From an uncultured Chloroflexia bacterium (GTDB lineage: Bacteria > Chloroflexota > Ktedonobacteria > Ktedonobacterales > Ktedonobacteraceae): 64,000 nucleotides of DNA. The stretch spans positions 1,556,463 through 1,620,462 of the forward strand of contig CAWCWN010000003.1 in NCBI GenBank assembly GCA_963799245.1, given 5' to 3'. Position 1 is the stretch's first letter; each line of letters begins with the position of its first letter. Below the pieces are notes generated by a model, which was not told the DNA's origin, searched no databases, and was given only the letters and a program-made list of their open reading frames with translations. Both the position numbers and the translations under genes were made by a program. Of the stretch, positions 1 to 9,234 are shown in pieces.

Positions 1-938
1 CGCAGGTGGGGCGGGCCGAAGTAGCGCAGCAGGACGCCGTGCGCTTCAATTATCTCGCGCACCCTTGCCAGGGACAAGTGCTTATCGACGACACGCGCCA
101 GGATATAGTTGCCCTGCGATGGCACGGGCTCAAGGTAGGACTGGCGTGAGAGGACCTCAAAGATGCGAGAGCGTTCCTGGATGATTTTGTGTACATTGCC
201 CATAACATATGGTAGGTCCTGCAGCGTCGTAGTGGCGGCGATATGACCGGCGACGTTGACCTCAAAGGGGCACTGTGCACGCCGCATGTAGGCTGCAATC
301 CATTCAGGGAAGAGGCCATAGCCGATACGTAGACCGGCCAGTCCCGCCCACTTGCTAAATGAGCGCAGGACGACCAGGTTGCGGTAGTGCGGCACAAGGT
401 GAGCAAAGCCGCGTGATCGATCTGAAAATTCAACGTAGGCCTCATCGACAATGACGAGGCGGCCTGTCTCAAGCAGCGCCAGCAGATCAGCCTCGCACAC
501 CGGATTGCCGGTAGGGTTGTTGGGGGAGCAGAGCACAATCAATTTGGTGCGAGGTGTAAGCGCGGCCAGTATGCCAGGCACATCCAGCGCGTAAGCGGGC
601 AGGCGCGCGATCTCCTGCATAGAGGCGCCGCACAGGGTCGTCTCGGTTGCATACAAAGAAAAGGTGGGAGGACAACAGAGAATAGTATCGCCCGGACTCA
701 GAAAGATATGCCACAACAGGCTGATGAGCTCCATGCTGCCATGTCCGAGCACAATAAAGCGCTCTTCCAGGCCTGTATAAGCCGAGAGCGCGCTACGTAA
801 AGCGGTGGCATTTGTGTCAGGATAGTTGTTATACCAGCTGTGATTGCGTAAAGCAGTAAGTACCGCCGGCGCTGGCCCATAGGGACTCTCATTGCTATTT
901 AATTTGATCAGACTATCGATAGGTATACCTGTACGCAT
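1..938 (-). CDS. hisC: histidinol-phosphate aminotransferase (C-terminus runs off window start)
   Basis: Minus-frame translation by eye: MRTGIPIDSLIKLNSNESPYGPAPAVLTALRNH..., with the hisC-typical NSNE(S/N)PYGP motif and a class-II aminotransferase body (SFSKWAGLAGLRIGY). Absent from the ORF track because it runs off the edge. Confidence 0.8.
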   Translation of the reverse strand, partial: MRTGIPIDSLIKLNSNESPYGPAPAVLTALRNHSWYNNYPDTNATALRSALSAYTGLEERFIVLGHGSMELISLLWHIFLSPGDTILCCPPTFSLYATETTLCGASMQEIARLPAYALDVPGILAALTPRTKLIVLCSPNNPTGNPVCEADLLALLETGRLVIVDEAYVEFSDRSRGFAHLVPHYRNLVVLRSFSKWAGLAGLRIGYGLFPEWIAAYMRRAQCPFEVNVAGHIAATTTLQDLPYVMGNVHKIIQERSRIFEVLSRQSYLEPVPSQGNYILARVVDKHLSLARVREIIEAHGVLLRYFGPPHL

Positions 939-1062
939 ATGAAATGCTTCAGGAATTCGCCGGGGACATACTCAGGCATGTAGTCCAGCTCTGGACGTAC
1001 ATGAACTGTGCATGGAGAATACGCTTGCATTATTTATCCCTATTTACAAGTTTTTATTTTTG

Positions 1063-2376
1063 TTACTTTGTTGAGTCGGCGTCTACATAGATTTGTGTCG
1101 GCCGACGGATCAGCGAGTTACGTGGAGAGGATTTGCCTGAGCCGTTCTGCAATGGTCCACTACTACCAGCGAACCTCATTTTTTGCGGCGGTTGAACAAC
1201 TGGCTGGTTAGCGGATGTATCAGATGCGCTCTCTGGGGAGGGTTGCATCATTTCCAGGCCGCGACGCAGAGTGACCATGTCGCGCAGGAAGCATGCCACC
1301 GCCGAGGCGGCGGAGCCCTTTTCTTTAGAATTGTCAAAACGTCTGACCGTTGCCTCCCCTGCGGCCCGGGCGGCCTGGGCCATTGGATCAGAGGTTTGAG
1401 CTGCATACACATCCTGGAAGATATCTTCCCAGCCGGCCCACCTGCCGCGCAGTGGTTTCCAACCAAGCTGACTATCGCTGACGGTACGCCATTTCTCCTC
1501 GGTGAATTGTATCCAATCATCCAGCAGGCGCGCATAGGCCGCCATCTGCTGGCGCAGGCGCTCTTCCTCTTCGGAGGAGCGCAGGGGAAATGTCTGTGGC
1601 AGGCCACCAGTCGTTTGTTCAGCGGCAAAGTTATTGCTATCGGTTTGTTGGTAGCCCATCATCGGCTGCCCGTTGCCGTTATACATTCCCTGCATACCTG
1701 GAAAGATAGCGGTATTGCCGCTGAGGGCGCTGAAATCGGGGGCGGTTTGACCATTGGGTATGCCCAGCATGGGTATCTCTGTGCCGGCCGGTAGCTCGCC
1801 CAGCACCTGGATGCCGCTGGCCGCCAGCATAGGGCTCATAATTGTACTACCATCGGGTAGCAACATGTTTTCCCCGTAATGCGCCAGGCCGCCGATAACG
1901 ATCTCTTCGTGCCCGACCGCGTCGAGGATGCGCCAGGCCAGGCGTGGATGTTTAATGGCCCACCAGACACGGCGCGAAACAAATGTGCTGGCGAAGGTGA
2001 AATTTACCACCAGCCAGACCACTCCGCGTACAGCCAGCCAGTTGACCAGGCCGATGAGGATGATCCAGTACCAGGAATCGTGTTGTCCTGCCTCTTCGAT
2101 AAACGTCAGTACAACAGCCACAGTCAGGCTGGGGTCACGCAAAGGATTAATAAAATCCAGTATGCGCCCCAACCAACTTCGGTCACTTTTCGCTTTCAAT
2201 ACGAACTCCTCTCGACCCCGCCGCTGGTCCGACAGGACATCTACTTTTAGCTTCTTGCTGAAAAATATTAGCATGAGCGATGCCCATGCGCAAGTTTTAC
2301 CGCCTTTTAGGTAATAATGGGTTACTGCACACAGATTGCCACAGGCCCTCTTCATCAAAACGAAAGTCTGAAACAA
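1063..2376 (-). CDS. membrane protein of unknown function: two TM helices, Gly/Met/Gln-rich low-complexity linker, helical C-terminal domain. An internal start at ~2274 (MLIFFSKK) is possible.
   Basis: 437-aa ORF with hydrophobic segments VAVVLTFIEE and WYWIILIGLVNWLAVRGVVWLVV, then a PGMQGMYNGNGQPMMGYQQ low-complexity region. No recognisable family. Confidence 0.45.
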   Translation of the reverse strand: MFQTFVLMKRACGNLCAVTHYYLKGGKTCAWASLMLIFFSKKLKVDVLSDQRRGREEFVLKAKSDRSWLGRILDFINPLRDPSLTVAVVLTFIEEAGQHDSWYWIILIGLVNWLAVRGVVWLVVNFTFASTFVSRRVWWAIKHPRLAWRILDAVGHEEIVIGGLAHYGENMLLPDGSTIMSPMLAASGIQVLGELPAGTEIPMLGIPNGQTAPDFSALSGNTAIFPGMQGMYNGNGQPMMGYQQTDSNNFAAEQTTGGLPQTFPLRSSEEEERLRQQMAAYARLLDDWIQFTEEKWRTVSDSQLGWKPLRGRWAGWEDIFQDVYAAQTSDPMAQAARAAGEATVRRFDNSKEKGSAASAVACFLRDMVTLRRGLEMMQPSPESASDTSANQPVVQPPQKMRFAGSSGPLQNGSGKSSPRNSLIRRPTQIYVDADSTK

Positions 2377-2531
2377 CCTGGTCAGCAGTGGGACTAATTT
2401 ACCGCGGGGGCCTCGCTCGCTCGCTCTCGCTCTTTATTCAAGGGACAGACGAACGCGAAATCCCTCTATTACCATCATATCACCGTTCTCAACTCTCGCA
2501 GACCTTTTGCCGCTAGGCCGGATGTGCGTGG

Positions 2532-3251
2532 TTAAAGGTAGCTCCGCTGTATCTCCAGGAGCTCTGTGATCCCCTCTTCGGCCAGGGTGATCAATTTGTC
2601 CATTGTGGCACGGCTAAAGACCCCGCCTTCTCCGGTGCCCTGTACCTCAATGAACTCGTGTGGTTCTGCGGAGCCTGTCATCACGATATTGAAATCGACC
2701 TCGGCTCGCGAGTCCTCGGCGTAGCACAGGTCGAGCAAGAGGGCGCCTTCCACAATGCCCACACTGGTAGCGGCGACCGCTGTTCGCACCGGATGCGCCG
2801 TCAGCAGGCCCCGCTTGAGCAGGCGGGTACAGGCGCGGTGCAGCGCTACGTAGGCGCCGGTAATAGAGGCTGTGCGTGTGCCCCCATCTGCCTGCAAGAC
2901 ATCGCAGTCAAGTGTAATCGTCCGCGGCCCAAGCACCTGCATATCTACAGCGGCCCTCAGCGAGCGACCAATCAGGCGCTGTATCTCCTGGCTGCGCCCC
3001 CCGATGCGTCCATCGCGTTCGCGCGAGCTGCGCGTATGGGTGGCACGGGGCAGCATATTGTACTCCGCCGTCACCCAGCCCTGTCCCTTCCCTTCCAGGA
3101 AAGGAGGAACCTTTTCTTCCACACTGGCCGCGCAGAGCACGCGCGTCTTGCCAGTCTCGATTAGCACGGAACCTTCCGCGTAGTCCAGAAAATCAACATT
3201 CAAGCGCACGGGTCGGAGCTGGTTTGGCGTACGCCCATCGATGCGTGTCAT
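2532..3251 (-). CDS. rph: ribonuclease PH
   Basis: [43 protein letters not shown]...[15 protein letters not shown] is a classic RNase PH. Start taken at the internal Met (ORF residue 17), matching rph length of ~240 aa. Confidence 0.9.
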   Translation of the reverse strand: MTRIDGRTPNQLRPVRLNVDFLDYAEGSVLIETGKTRVLCAASVEEKVPPFLEGKGQGWVTAEYNMLPRATHTRSSRERDGRIGGRSQEIQRLIGRSLRAAVDMQVLGPRTITLDCDVLQADGGTRTASITGAYVALHRACTRLLKRGLLTAHPVRTAVAATSVGIVEGALLLDLCYAEDSRAEVDFNIVMTGSAEPHEFIEVQGTGEGGVFSRATMDKLITLAEEGITELLEIQRSYL

Positions 3252-3949
3252 GGCAAACCTCTCAAATACAATTGTTGTTATTAAAGCATCACCAGTCAAG
3301 AGTATACCTTATCCAGGCAGCAGGCTCTAATGAACCTTGTGACATAAATGCGCTACATACTCTTCGGGGGTGATGTAGCGCTCTCCTGCTGAGTCTCTCT
3401 ATAAGGATTCTTTCAGTCCAGCCATATGTATTCGCGCGTGTTATGAATGCAATCCTCATGCATAAAGCGATTCTATGTCACAAAAAGCTCACGCAAGCGA
3501 TATATATATGGAGAGAGAAGGATCCCAGAGTCTCTCAGCGTCGTCTTGGTCGTCTGCCTGGGGGATGCCAGGCTGACCGCTCGGATTTTTTTTGCGCGCA
3601 AATTCACGGGCTTGTGACATCTTACCTGAAATTATTCTCCTGTTTTCATAAAAATATGTTATTATATTACGTGGGGTTTTTTTGTGCATCGATATGCTCA
3701 ATTTAACATGTTCTTGCATGTTCTTGCGTTAAACCAGGTCATACTGACCTTTTGATGATTTAGAGATGAGAAATATTGGAGGTCTGTACTGGTGAGAAGC
3801 AGGCTTTCTCACCGCGAGAACATAGCACTTGTTAAGAAAGGACAAACCCGTGCCGACCCAAATGATATTACATAGAACTTTACCACCCCAACAAATACAC
3901 GCTCAGCGTCTCATTATGGCCACAGAATCGCGGGCCTGTCGAGTATTAC

Positions 3950-5431
3950 TTGAGTCAGGATCAGAAGTTGAAGCATCGCCGGGGCGCAGGGGGCATGGTG
4001 ACGGCCCTTGTGGATGCTGGCATTCGTATGGATGTGACCTGGGTTGCTATGGCCATGACCGAAGGTGATCGCCTTGCTGTGAAGGATGCGCAGCAGAATA
4101 GCGGAGGTATCCTTGCTTCTCCCCTGTCGGGGCAGAAAATGAATCTCCGCTATGTTGCTATCTCCAAATCCGCGTATCGCAAACACTACGAAGGCATCAG
4201 TAACCAGGTACTCTGGTTTCTCCAGCACTACCTTTACAATCCTAATGAGGACTCCACCGTTGCACGGCATATTCAGGATGCCTGGAACAACGGTTACTAT
4301 GTAGCTAACCGGGCGATTGCAGATGCGGTCATCGGCGAGGTTGAGCGTGAAGATAGCACAGCGGTTGTCATGCTGCATGATTATCATCTCTATCTCGCGC
4401 CTGCGATGATCCGCAAAGAACTGTCGCACGTGACGATGCAGCAATTCATTCATATCCCCTGGCCTGATGTACGCTGCTGGCATTTTTTACCCAGCAACAT
4501 CACGCACGCTATCTATGCGGGGCTGGTTGGTAATGACATCCTTGGTTTCCAGACCGAACGCGACGCGCGCAACTTCCTGGAGGGCGCTCGTACCTTGTTG
4601 GACGGGGCAGTTGTTGATTTTGAGGAGGGGGCCATCTGGTGGCAGGGTCGGCGTATCCACGTGAAGTCCTACCCTATCTCCATCTCTGTAACAGGCGAGC
4701 GGCGAGTGGTCCAGAGCGCGGCGGGCAAGCGAGCCGCCGCGAAGATCCTTCCACTGCTGGAGAGGAAAAAAGTCATTATGCGTGTAGATCGCATCGATCC
4801 GACCAAGAACATCCTGCGGGGCTTCCAGGCCTATGCCCAGCTGCTCGATGAGCATCCTGAACTGTGTGGAGCAGTCACGTTCCTGGCTTTTCTGGTTCCT
4901 TCGCGCCAGGCCTTGCTCAAATATCAACGCCACAATGCCGATGTCCTCAAGCTGGTCGATGAAATCAATTCGAAACACGGCACAGATGATTGGCTCCCCA
5001 TCCATGCCTTTTGCGACAATGATCGTACCAGGGCCCTGGCGGCCATGCAGTATTATGATGTACTGCTGGTCAACCCCATCATTGATGGGATGAACCTGGT
5101 CGCTAAAGAGGGACCCGTGGTCAACCGGCGCAACGGTGTGCTGGTCCTTTCACGTACGGCCGGCGCTTTTCAGCAACTCGGCAAGGCATCTATTCCGACC
5201 TCGCCCACCGATGTGAACGAAACAGCCGAGGCCTTGTATAAGGCTCTGCTGCTGCCAGATGATGAGAGAGCGGCAAAATCGCGCCAGGCCTGCCAGGTTG
5301 TGGAGCGCAATGATCTCAATACCTGGCTCAGTCGCCAGATCCGCGATATTAACGATCTGCTTGACCGCTCCGCTCCGGCCCCCAATACTTCAGCACCTCT
5401 CCTCTCTTCACTTGCGGTAAGCGCTGGTTAG
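3950..5431 (+). CDS. otsA: alpha,alpha-trehalose-phosphate synthase (GT20); N-terminal boundary uncertain
   Basis: Matches OtsA along its length: VLWFLQHYLYNP, MLHDYHLYLAP, GNDILGFQTERDARNF, RVDRIDPTKN, VNPIIDGMNLVAKE. The ORF track starts at a TTG. The conserved N-terminal LVVVSNRLP motif is not in this frame (see findings). Confidence 0.85.
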   Translation: MSQDQKLKHRRGAGGMVTALVDAGIRMDVTWVAMAMTEGDRLAVKDAQQNSGGILASPLSGQKMNLRYVAISKSAYRKHYEGISNQVLWFLQHYLYNPNEDSTVARHIQDAWNNGYYVANRAIADAVIGEVEREDSTAVVMLHDYHLYLAPAMIRKELSHVTMQQFIHIPWPDVRCWHFLPSNITHAIYAGLVGNDILGFQTERDARNFLEGARTLLDGAVVDFEEGAIWWQGRRIHVKSYPISISVTGERRVVQSAAGKRAAAKILPLLERKKVIMRVDRIDPTKNILRGFQAYAQLLDEHPELCGAVTFLAFLVPSRQALLKYQRHNADVLKLVDEINSKHGTDDWLPIHAFCDNDRTRALAAMQYYDVLLVNPIIDGMNLVAKEGPVVNRRNGVLVLSRTAGAFQQLGKASIPTSPTDVNETAEALYKALLLPDDERAAKSRQACQVVERNDLNTWLSRQIRDINDLLDRSAPAPNTSAPLLSSLAVSAG

Positions 5432-5490
5432 GCACGCAGGCCTGAAGTACTTCTGGCGTGCTGCCGATAGAGGTAATCAGGGAGAAAAGA

Positions 5491-5538
5491 AGCATGTACA
5501 GGAGGTAGGGCGCCCGCGCCCTACCTCCTGTACATGCT
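5491..5538. repeat. 48-bp perfect palindrome (agcatgtacaggaggtagggcgc|ccgcgccctacctcctgtacatgct)
   Basis: Reverse complement of the left 23 nt equals the right 23 nt exactly. GC-rich stem with no downstream U-tract. Lies between otsA and the glmS leader. Confidence 0.8.
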
Positions 5539-5607
5539 GTACCTGTGCGCATGCAATAAAAGCAACTTTATGGTATACTACTCTCATACACCTGTTGTCG
5601 TGTCTAG

Positions 5608-5775
5608 TAGCGCATGGGCCGGGCTAAGGAGGAAGCACCGGTTGACGAGGTGGAGGCTGTTCGGATCAATCAGCGGGGGGCCTCCAGGGTCGGTCACGAC
5701 CCTGAAAAGATAGCGCACAAACCCAGCGCGGTAACGCCTGGCACAAAACGCTGTCGGTGATGCAGGTATGTGTCG
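5608..5775 (+). ncRNA. glmS_ribozyme: glmS ribozyme (glucosamine-6-phosphate-activated self-cleaving riboswitch)
   Basis: Immediately 5' of glmS: uA^GCGC cleavage-site context, then GACGAGG-UGGAGG...UCGGAUCAAUCAGCGG...GCCUCCAGG, where GGAGG/CCUCC forms the P2.1 pseudoknot. Downstream ACAAACCCAGCGCGGUAACGCCUGGCACAAAACG matches the P3/P4 peripheral region of the B. subtilis ribozyme. Confidence 0.7.
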
Positions 5776-5821
5776 CCTTGTTGCGGGCATACTGCAAGAA
5801 ACTGAAAGGATACCCGACCCT

Positions 5822-7693
5822 ATGTGCGGTATCATCGGCTACGTCGGCCCACAGGGCAGCGACGTCACTTCCATATTGCTTGATGGCCTGAGCAAGCTTG
5901 AATATCGCGGTTATGACTCCGCAGGTATTGTTGTTCTCACCACGAATGGTACGCTTGAACTGCGCCGGCGCGCCGGCAAAATTGCTAACCTGGTCACCTC
6001 AGTCGATAATGGTTTTCGCCCCGCCAATGGCACCCTGGGCATAGGTCATACACGCTGGGCCACGCATGGTCGCCCCAACGATATAAACGCCCACCCTCAC
6101 CCCGACTGTACGGGTGTCTTAAGTGTTGTGCACAATGGTATCATTGAGAATTATGCCGAGTTGCGTCGCCAGTTGACGGAGCAAGGCCACGTCTTCCGCT
6201 CGGAGACAGACACGGAAGTTTTGTCACACCTGGTCGAGCGTTTCTACATGGGAGAGGCCGCCGGCGACCTTGAAGAGGCGGTGCGGCTTGCCCTGAGGTG
6301 TGTAGTCGGTTCTTATGCTATCGCCGTCGTCAGCAGCGAGCAGCCCGGGTTGATCGTGGGTGCGCGCTGTGGTGGCGGCCCGCTCATCGTGGGCCTGGGC
6401 GAGAACGAACAGTACCTGGCTTCGGACATTCCCGCCATTCTTAAACACACGCGCCGCGTCCAGGTCATCGATGAGGGTGAAGTGGTGACTCTGCGTCCCC
6501 AGGGCGTCTCTATTAGCCGCCTGGATGGCACGCCGGTGCTGCGCAATCCTCTGACCATCGACTGGGACGCCCAGGCGGCGGAGAAGGGCGGCTACCCACA
6601 TTTCGTGCTGAAAGAGATTTTTGAGCAGCCGGAGGCGCTGAGCCGCACCCTGCTTGGCCGCGTACACCAGGGCCGACTGCACCTGGTCGAGCTAGAGGAG
6701 ACGCGGCAGGCCGGGCTGCTCGACGGGGTCCAGCGCATCGTCATCGTTGCCTGTGGCACCTCTTTTCACGCCGGGCTGATCGCCAAGTACGCCATCGAGC
6801 AGTGGGTGCGTATCCCGGTAGAAACTATTACCGCCGCCGAGTTCCGCTACTGCAATCCAATCGTAGGACCAGAGACGCTATGCATCGCGGTCACGCAGTC
6901 GGGCGAGACCGCGGATACGCTGGTAGGTATTCGCCAGGCACGCGAGCATGGAGCGCCTGTCATTGCCGTTACCAACGTGGTCGCCAGCGCCATTACACGC
7001 CTTGCGGACGCCGTCCTCTACCTGCAGGCGGGTCCGGAGATAGGCGTCGTCGCCACTAAGACGTTTATTAGTTCGGCCACCGTGCTCTATCTGCTGGGCC
7101 TCTGGCTTGGGCAGCAGCGCGGCAAGCTAACGACCGAGCAGGTGCAGAGCCTGCTCACGAGCCTGGAGGAGATCCCCGCGCAGATCCAGCGCATACTCGA
7201 CAGAGCCGCTGGCGACTCAGACGACATTGCGCCGCTCGCCAGGCACATGGCGCGCCATACCAGCATGATCTTTATCGGGCGTGGAGTTGGCTATCCCACG
7301 GCCCTGGAAGGCGCGCTTAAACTCAAGGAGATCTCCTACATCCATGCCGAGGGATTTCCGGCCGGAGAGCTCAAGCATGGCTCCATTGCCCTGCTCGATC
7401 CCGATACCCCTCTGATCGGTATAGCAACGCATTCACACGTCTATGAAAAGGTCGTAAGCAATATCCAGGAGGTACGGGCGCGGGACGCGCACATCATCGT
7501 GGTAGCCACGGAGGGCGACGAAACCATTCGCCAGCATGCCGACGATGTTCTCTATGTCCCGGCCACGGCGGAGGTTTTTAGCCCCCTGCTCGCCAGTATC
7601 CCTCTGCAGCTGTTCGCCTATCATGCAGCCGTGGCAAGGGGCTGTAACGTAGATCAGCCAAGAAACCTGGCCAAGTCGGTCACGGTCGAGTAG
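5822..7693 (+). CDS. glmS: glutamine--fructose-6-phosphate aminotransferase (isomerizing)
   Basis: Start MCGIIGYVG (N-terminal nucleophile Cys after Met), GATase type-2 domain plus two SIS domains, ending KSVTVE. Preceded by GAAAGGA RBS. ORF-track start at 5768 lies inside the ribozyme and is rejected. Confidence 0.95.
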   Translation: MCGIIGYVGPQGSDVTSILLDGLSKLEYRGYDSAGIVVLTTNGTLELRRRAGKIANLVTSVDNGFRPANGTLGIGHTRWATHGRPNDINAHPHPDCTGVLSVVHNGIIENYAELRRQLTEQGHVFRSETDTEVLSHLVERFYMGEAAGDLEEAVRLALRCVVGSYAIAVVSSEQPGLIVGARCGGGPLIVGLGENEQYLASDIPAILKHTRRVQVIDEGEVVTLRPQGVSISRLDGTPVLRNPLTIDWDAQAAEKGGYPHFVLKEIFEQPEALSRTLLGRVHQGRLHLVELEETRQAGLLDGVQRIVIVACGTSFHAGLIAKYAIEQWVRIPVETITAAEFRYCNPIVGPETLCIAVTQSGETADTLVGIRQAREHGAPVIAVTNVVASAITRLADAVLYLQAGPEIGVVATKTFISSATVLYLLGLWLGQQRGKLTTEQVQSLLTSLEEIPAQIQRILDRAAGDSDDIAPLARHMARHTSMIFIGRGVGYPTALEGALKLKEISYIHAEGFPAGELKHGSIALLDPDTPLIGIATHSHVYEKVVSNIQEVRARDAHIIVVATEGDETIRQHADDVLYVPATAEVFSPLLASIPLQLFAYHAAVARGCNVDQPRNLAKSVTVE

Positions 7694-7725
7694 GGAGGCA
7701 TCTCTGGCATTTACTTGTTGTAGAC

Positions 7726-7785
7726 GTAAAATAAAGACTTACAATTAAAACAAAGTCTTACAATTAAAATAAAGTTTTACACCGT
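7726..7785. repeat. AT-rich imperfect tandem repeat (3 x ~19 bp: aaagacttacaattaaaa / caaagtcttacaattaaaa / taaagttttacacc)
   Basis: Direct inspection downstream of the glmS stop. No GC hairpin. Confidence 0.6.
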
Positions 7786-8114
7786 TTAGGCTGGCGGCAA
7801 CTGAAGATGATCAGTGGTCGCCAGATGTTTTTGGATTAACTGTTATTACTGTGCTGGCTCCTTTGATCATCCGTTCAAACAATCAGCCCTTTGAGCCTGT
7901 TTGGCGACGATCATTCCGCTTTCCACATGCCGTTTTTATGAACGGATGTACGAAGTAGCCACAACACCCCAAAATGGAGTGACCTCCAACAACGTCACAG
8001 TCTGCTCCCAAAAGCCACACACAGTTCCAGCCTGAGCAGGATGGCGATTGACACCAGCGGAACTCCGTTGTAATTTGGAAATGGCCGGAGGGATGCGTTT
8101 ACCATGGTGAGGCG

Positions 8115-8539
8115 TTGTCCGCTCACCATCACCCTGCGCTTCCAGGAGGAACATCTATGAACTCTGGGCTCTTGCTCTTGCTGATCTGTGGACTGCTGAC
8201 GATCGTCGCTCTCGTCCTGTCTTGCCGACGAGAGCGTCCCGGACAAAAGCGAACATACGCGCTGATCGTCACCCGACCGGCGCCGTTTTCCGCGATGATG
8301 ATCGGTACTGGTCTGCAGGCTTCTTGTACAACAATCCCGACGATCCTGATCCGTTTGTCCCAAAGCGCTTCGGCTTCGGATACACCCCGAATGTCGGCCA
8401 CCCTGTGGGCAAGCTGTTCCTCATCGGAGTGCTGCTGCTGCTGCTGGTGCTCCTGGTGGTGTCTCTCCTCGGGGTCCTCTTTCCTGGGCTCATCACCTCG
8501 TATGGATGTCACCCGTCTGGATGTCAGCCGTTTCCATAA
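8115..8539 (+). pseudogene. small membrane protein (N-terminal TM plus conserved loop RDDDRYW...FLYNNPDDPDPFVPKRFGFGYTPNVGHP plus C-terminal TM), apparently split over two frames
   Basis: Frame of 8115 gives MNSGLLLLLICGLLTIVALVL (TM). Frame of 8222 gives the conserved loop and the second TM LFLIGVLLLLLVLLVVSLLGVLF. Joining them needs a -1 shift between ~8215 and ~8290. Loop motif resembles the DUF1648/DUF5808 (SdpI/YhfL-type) family; family name is from memory and low confidence. Confidence 0.35.
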
Positions 8540-8634
8540 ACAATTGACCGAGGAGCTGCAAAGAGCATGGTTCCCCTTTACAACCGTTGTTATGAATATT
8601 GTGCGCGACACGAAGGACAAATAAGGAGCATATC

Positions 8635-8838
8635 ATGGCTCAGCCACTTTCATCGTTCCTACTTCCATTGATTATCGCTCTGCCGTTGGTCGTATTCTGG
8701 CTATGGATGGCCTGGGATTTGGGGGGAAATGACACATTGTCGAGTAACGAGAAGTTTTACTGGCAGGTGGCATTCATTTTTATGAGCGTCTTCGCCGCAG
8801 TTTACTATTACGTCACTGAGTATAAAAAAAGGCATTAA
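8635..8838 (+). CDS. PLDc_N (cardiolipin-synthase N-terminal-like) small membrane protein
   Basis: MAQPLSSFLLPLIIALPLVVFWLWMAWDLGGND...YWQVAFIFMSVFAAVYYYVTEYKK. AAGGAG RBS 7 nt upstream of the ATG. Confidence 0.6.
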   Translation: MAQPLSSFLLPLIIALPLVVFWLWMAWDLGGNDTLSSNEKFYWQVAFIFMSVFAAVYYYVTEYKKRH

Positions 8839-9234
8839 CCACTGTTTCCTTATCTTGAAGGGATAGTCGCCTTCACTACAGTCGCACTTGTTGAGAGCCA
8901 GAGGAGGTCATCACCGTGGAAAAGCGCGAAAACCTAGCGCGTGTCCACGTCAGATTGGAGTCTGGCAGCGATGTGCTCCAGGCTCTTTGATATCTTGAAG
9001 AGGCGGCAAGCCACCGAGAAACGGCTGGTGCGGCGACTGGAGAAGCTAGGGTACGAGGTTTCACTCACATCGGCTTCTCCAGCCGCCTGAACTCTATTTT
9101 TCAGAAGAGACTCCTCTTTCCGTTTTCCTTTATCTTGCCACATTTTCACCGGTTTTCGGATAAGGTCTTAGTATATGACTACCGATAGCTGGATCCCCTG
9201 CTCCAACCGAAGCGTGAAATGAGAATGGTGAAAA

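Noticed and set aside
1183-1794. 203-aa plus-strand ORF (and 1248..1628 minus) overlapping the membrane-protein gene
   Set aside because: Antisense shadow ORF in GC-rich DNA. No RBS and low-complexity Ala/Gly/Arg composition typical of wrong-frame translation.
3914-5005. Minus-strand ORFs 3914..4483 and 4487..5005 inside otsA
   Set aside because: The plus-strand frame has full-length OtsA homology; these are antisense artefacts.
5768-5821. Upstream extension of glmS to the ORF-track start at 5768
   Set aside because: It would read through the ribozyme core. The conserved MCGIIG start with RBS is at 5822.
6224-6682. 152-aa minus-strand ORF inside glmS
   Set aside because: Antisense to a highly conserved gene; no support.
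8129-8620. 163-aa minus-strand ORF opposite the small membrane protein gene
   Set aside because: No homology or RBS. The plus strand carries a conserved family motif and TM helices.
8916-9090. Very short ORFs after a strong AGAGGAGG site (24 aa from GTG 8916; 39 aa from ATG 8971)
   Set aside because: Too short and unsupported. Cannot distinguish from chance; noted only because of the strong RBS-like sequence.
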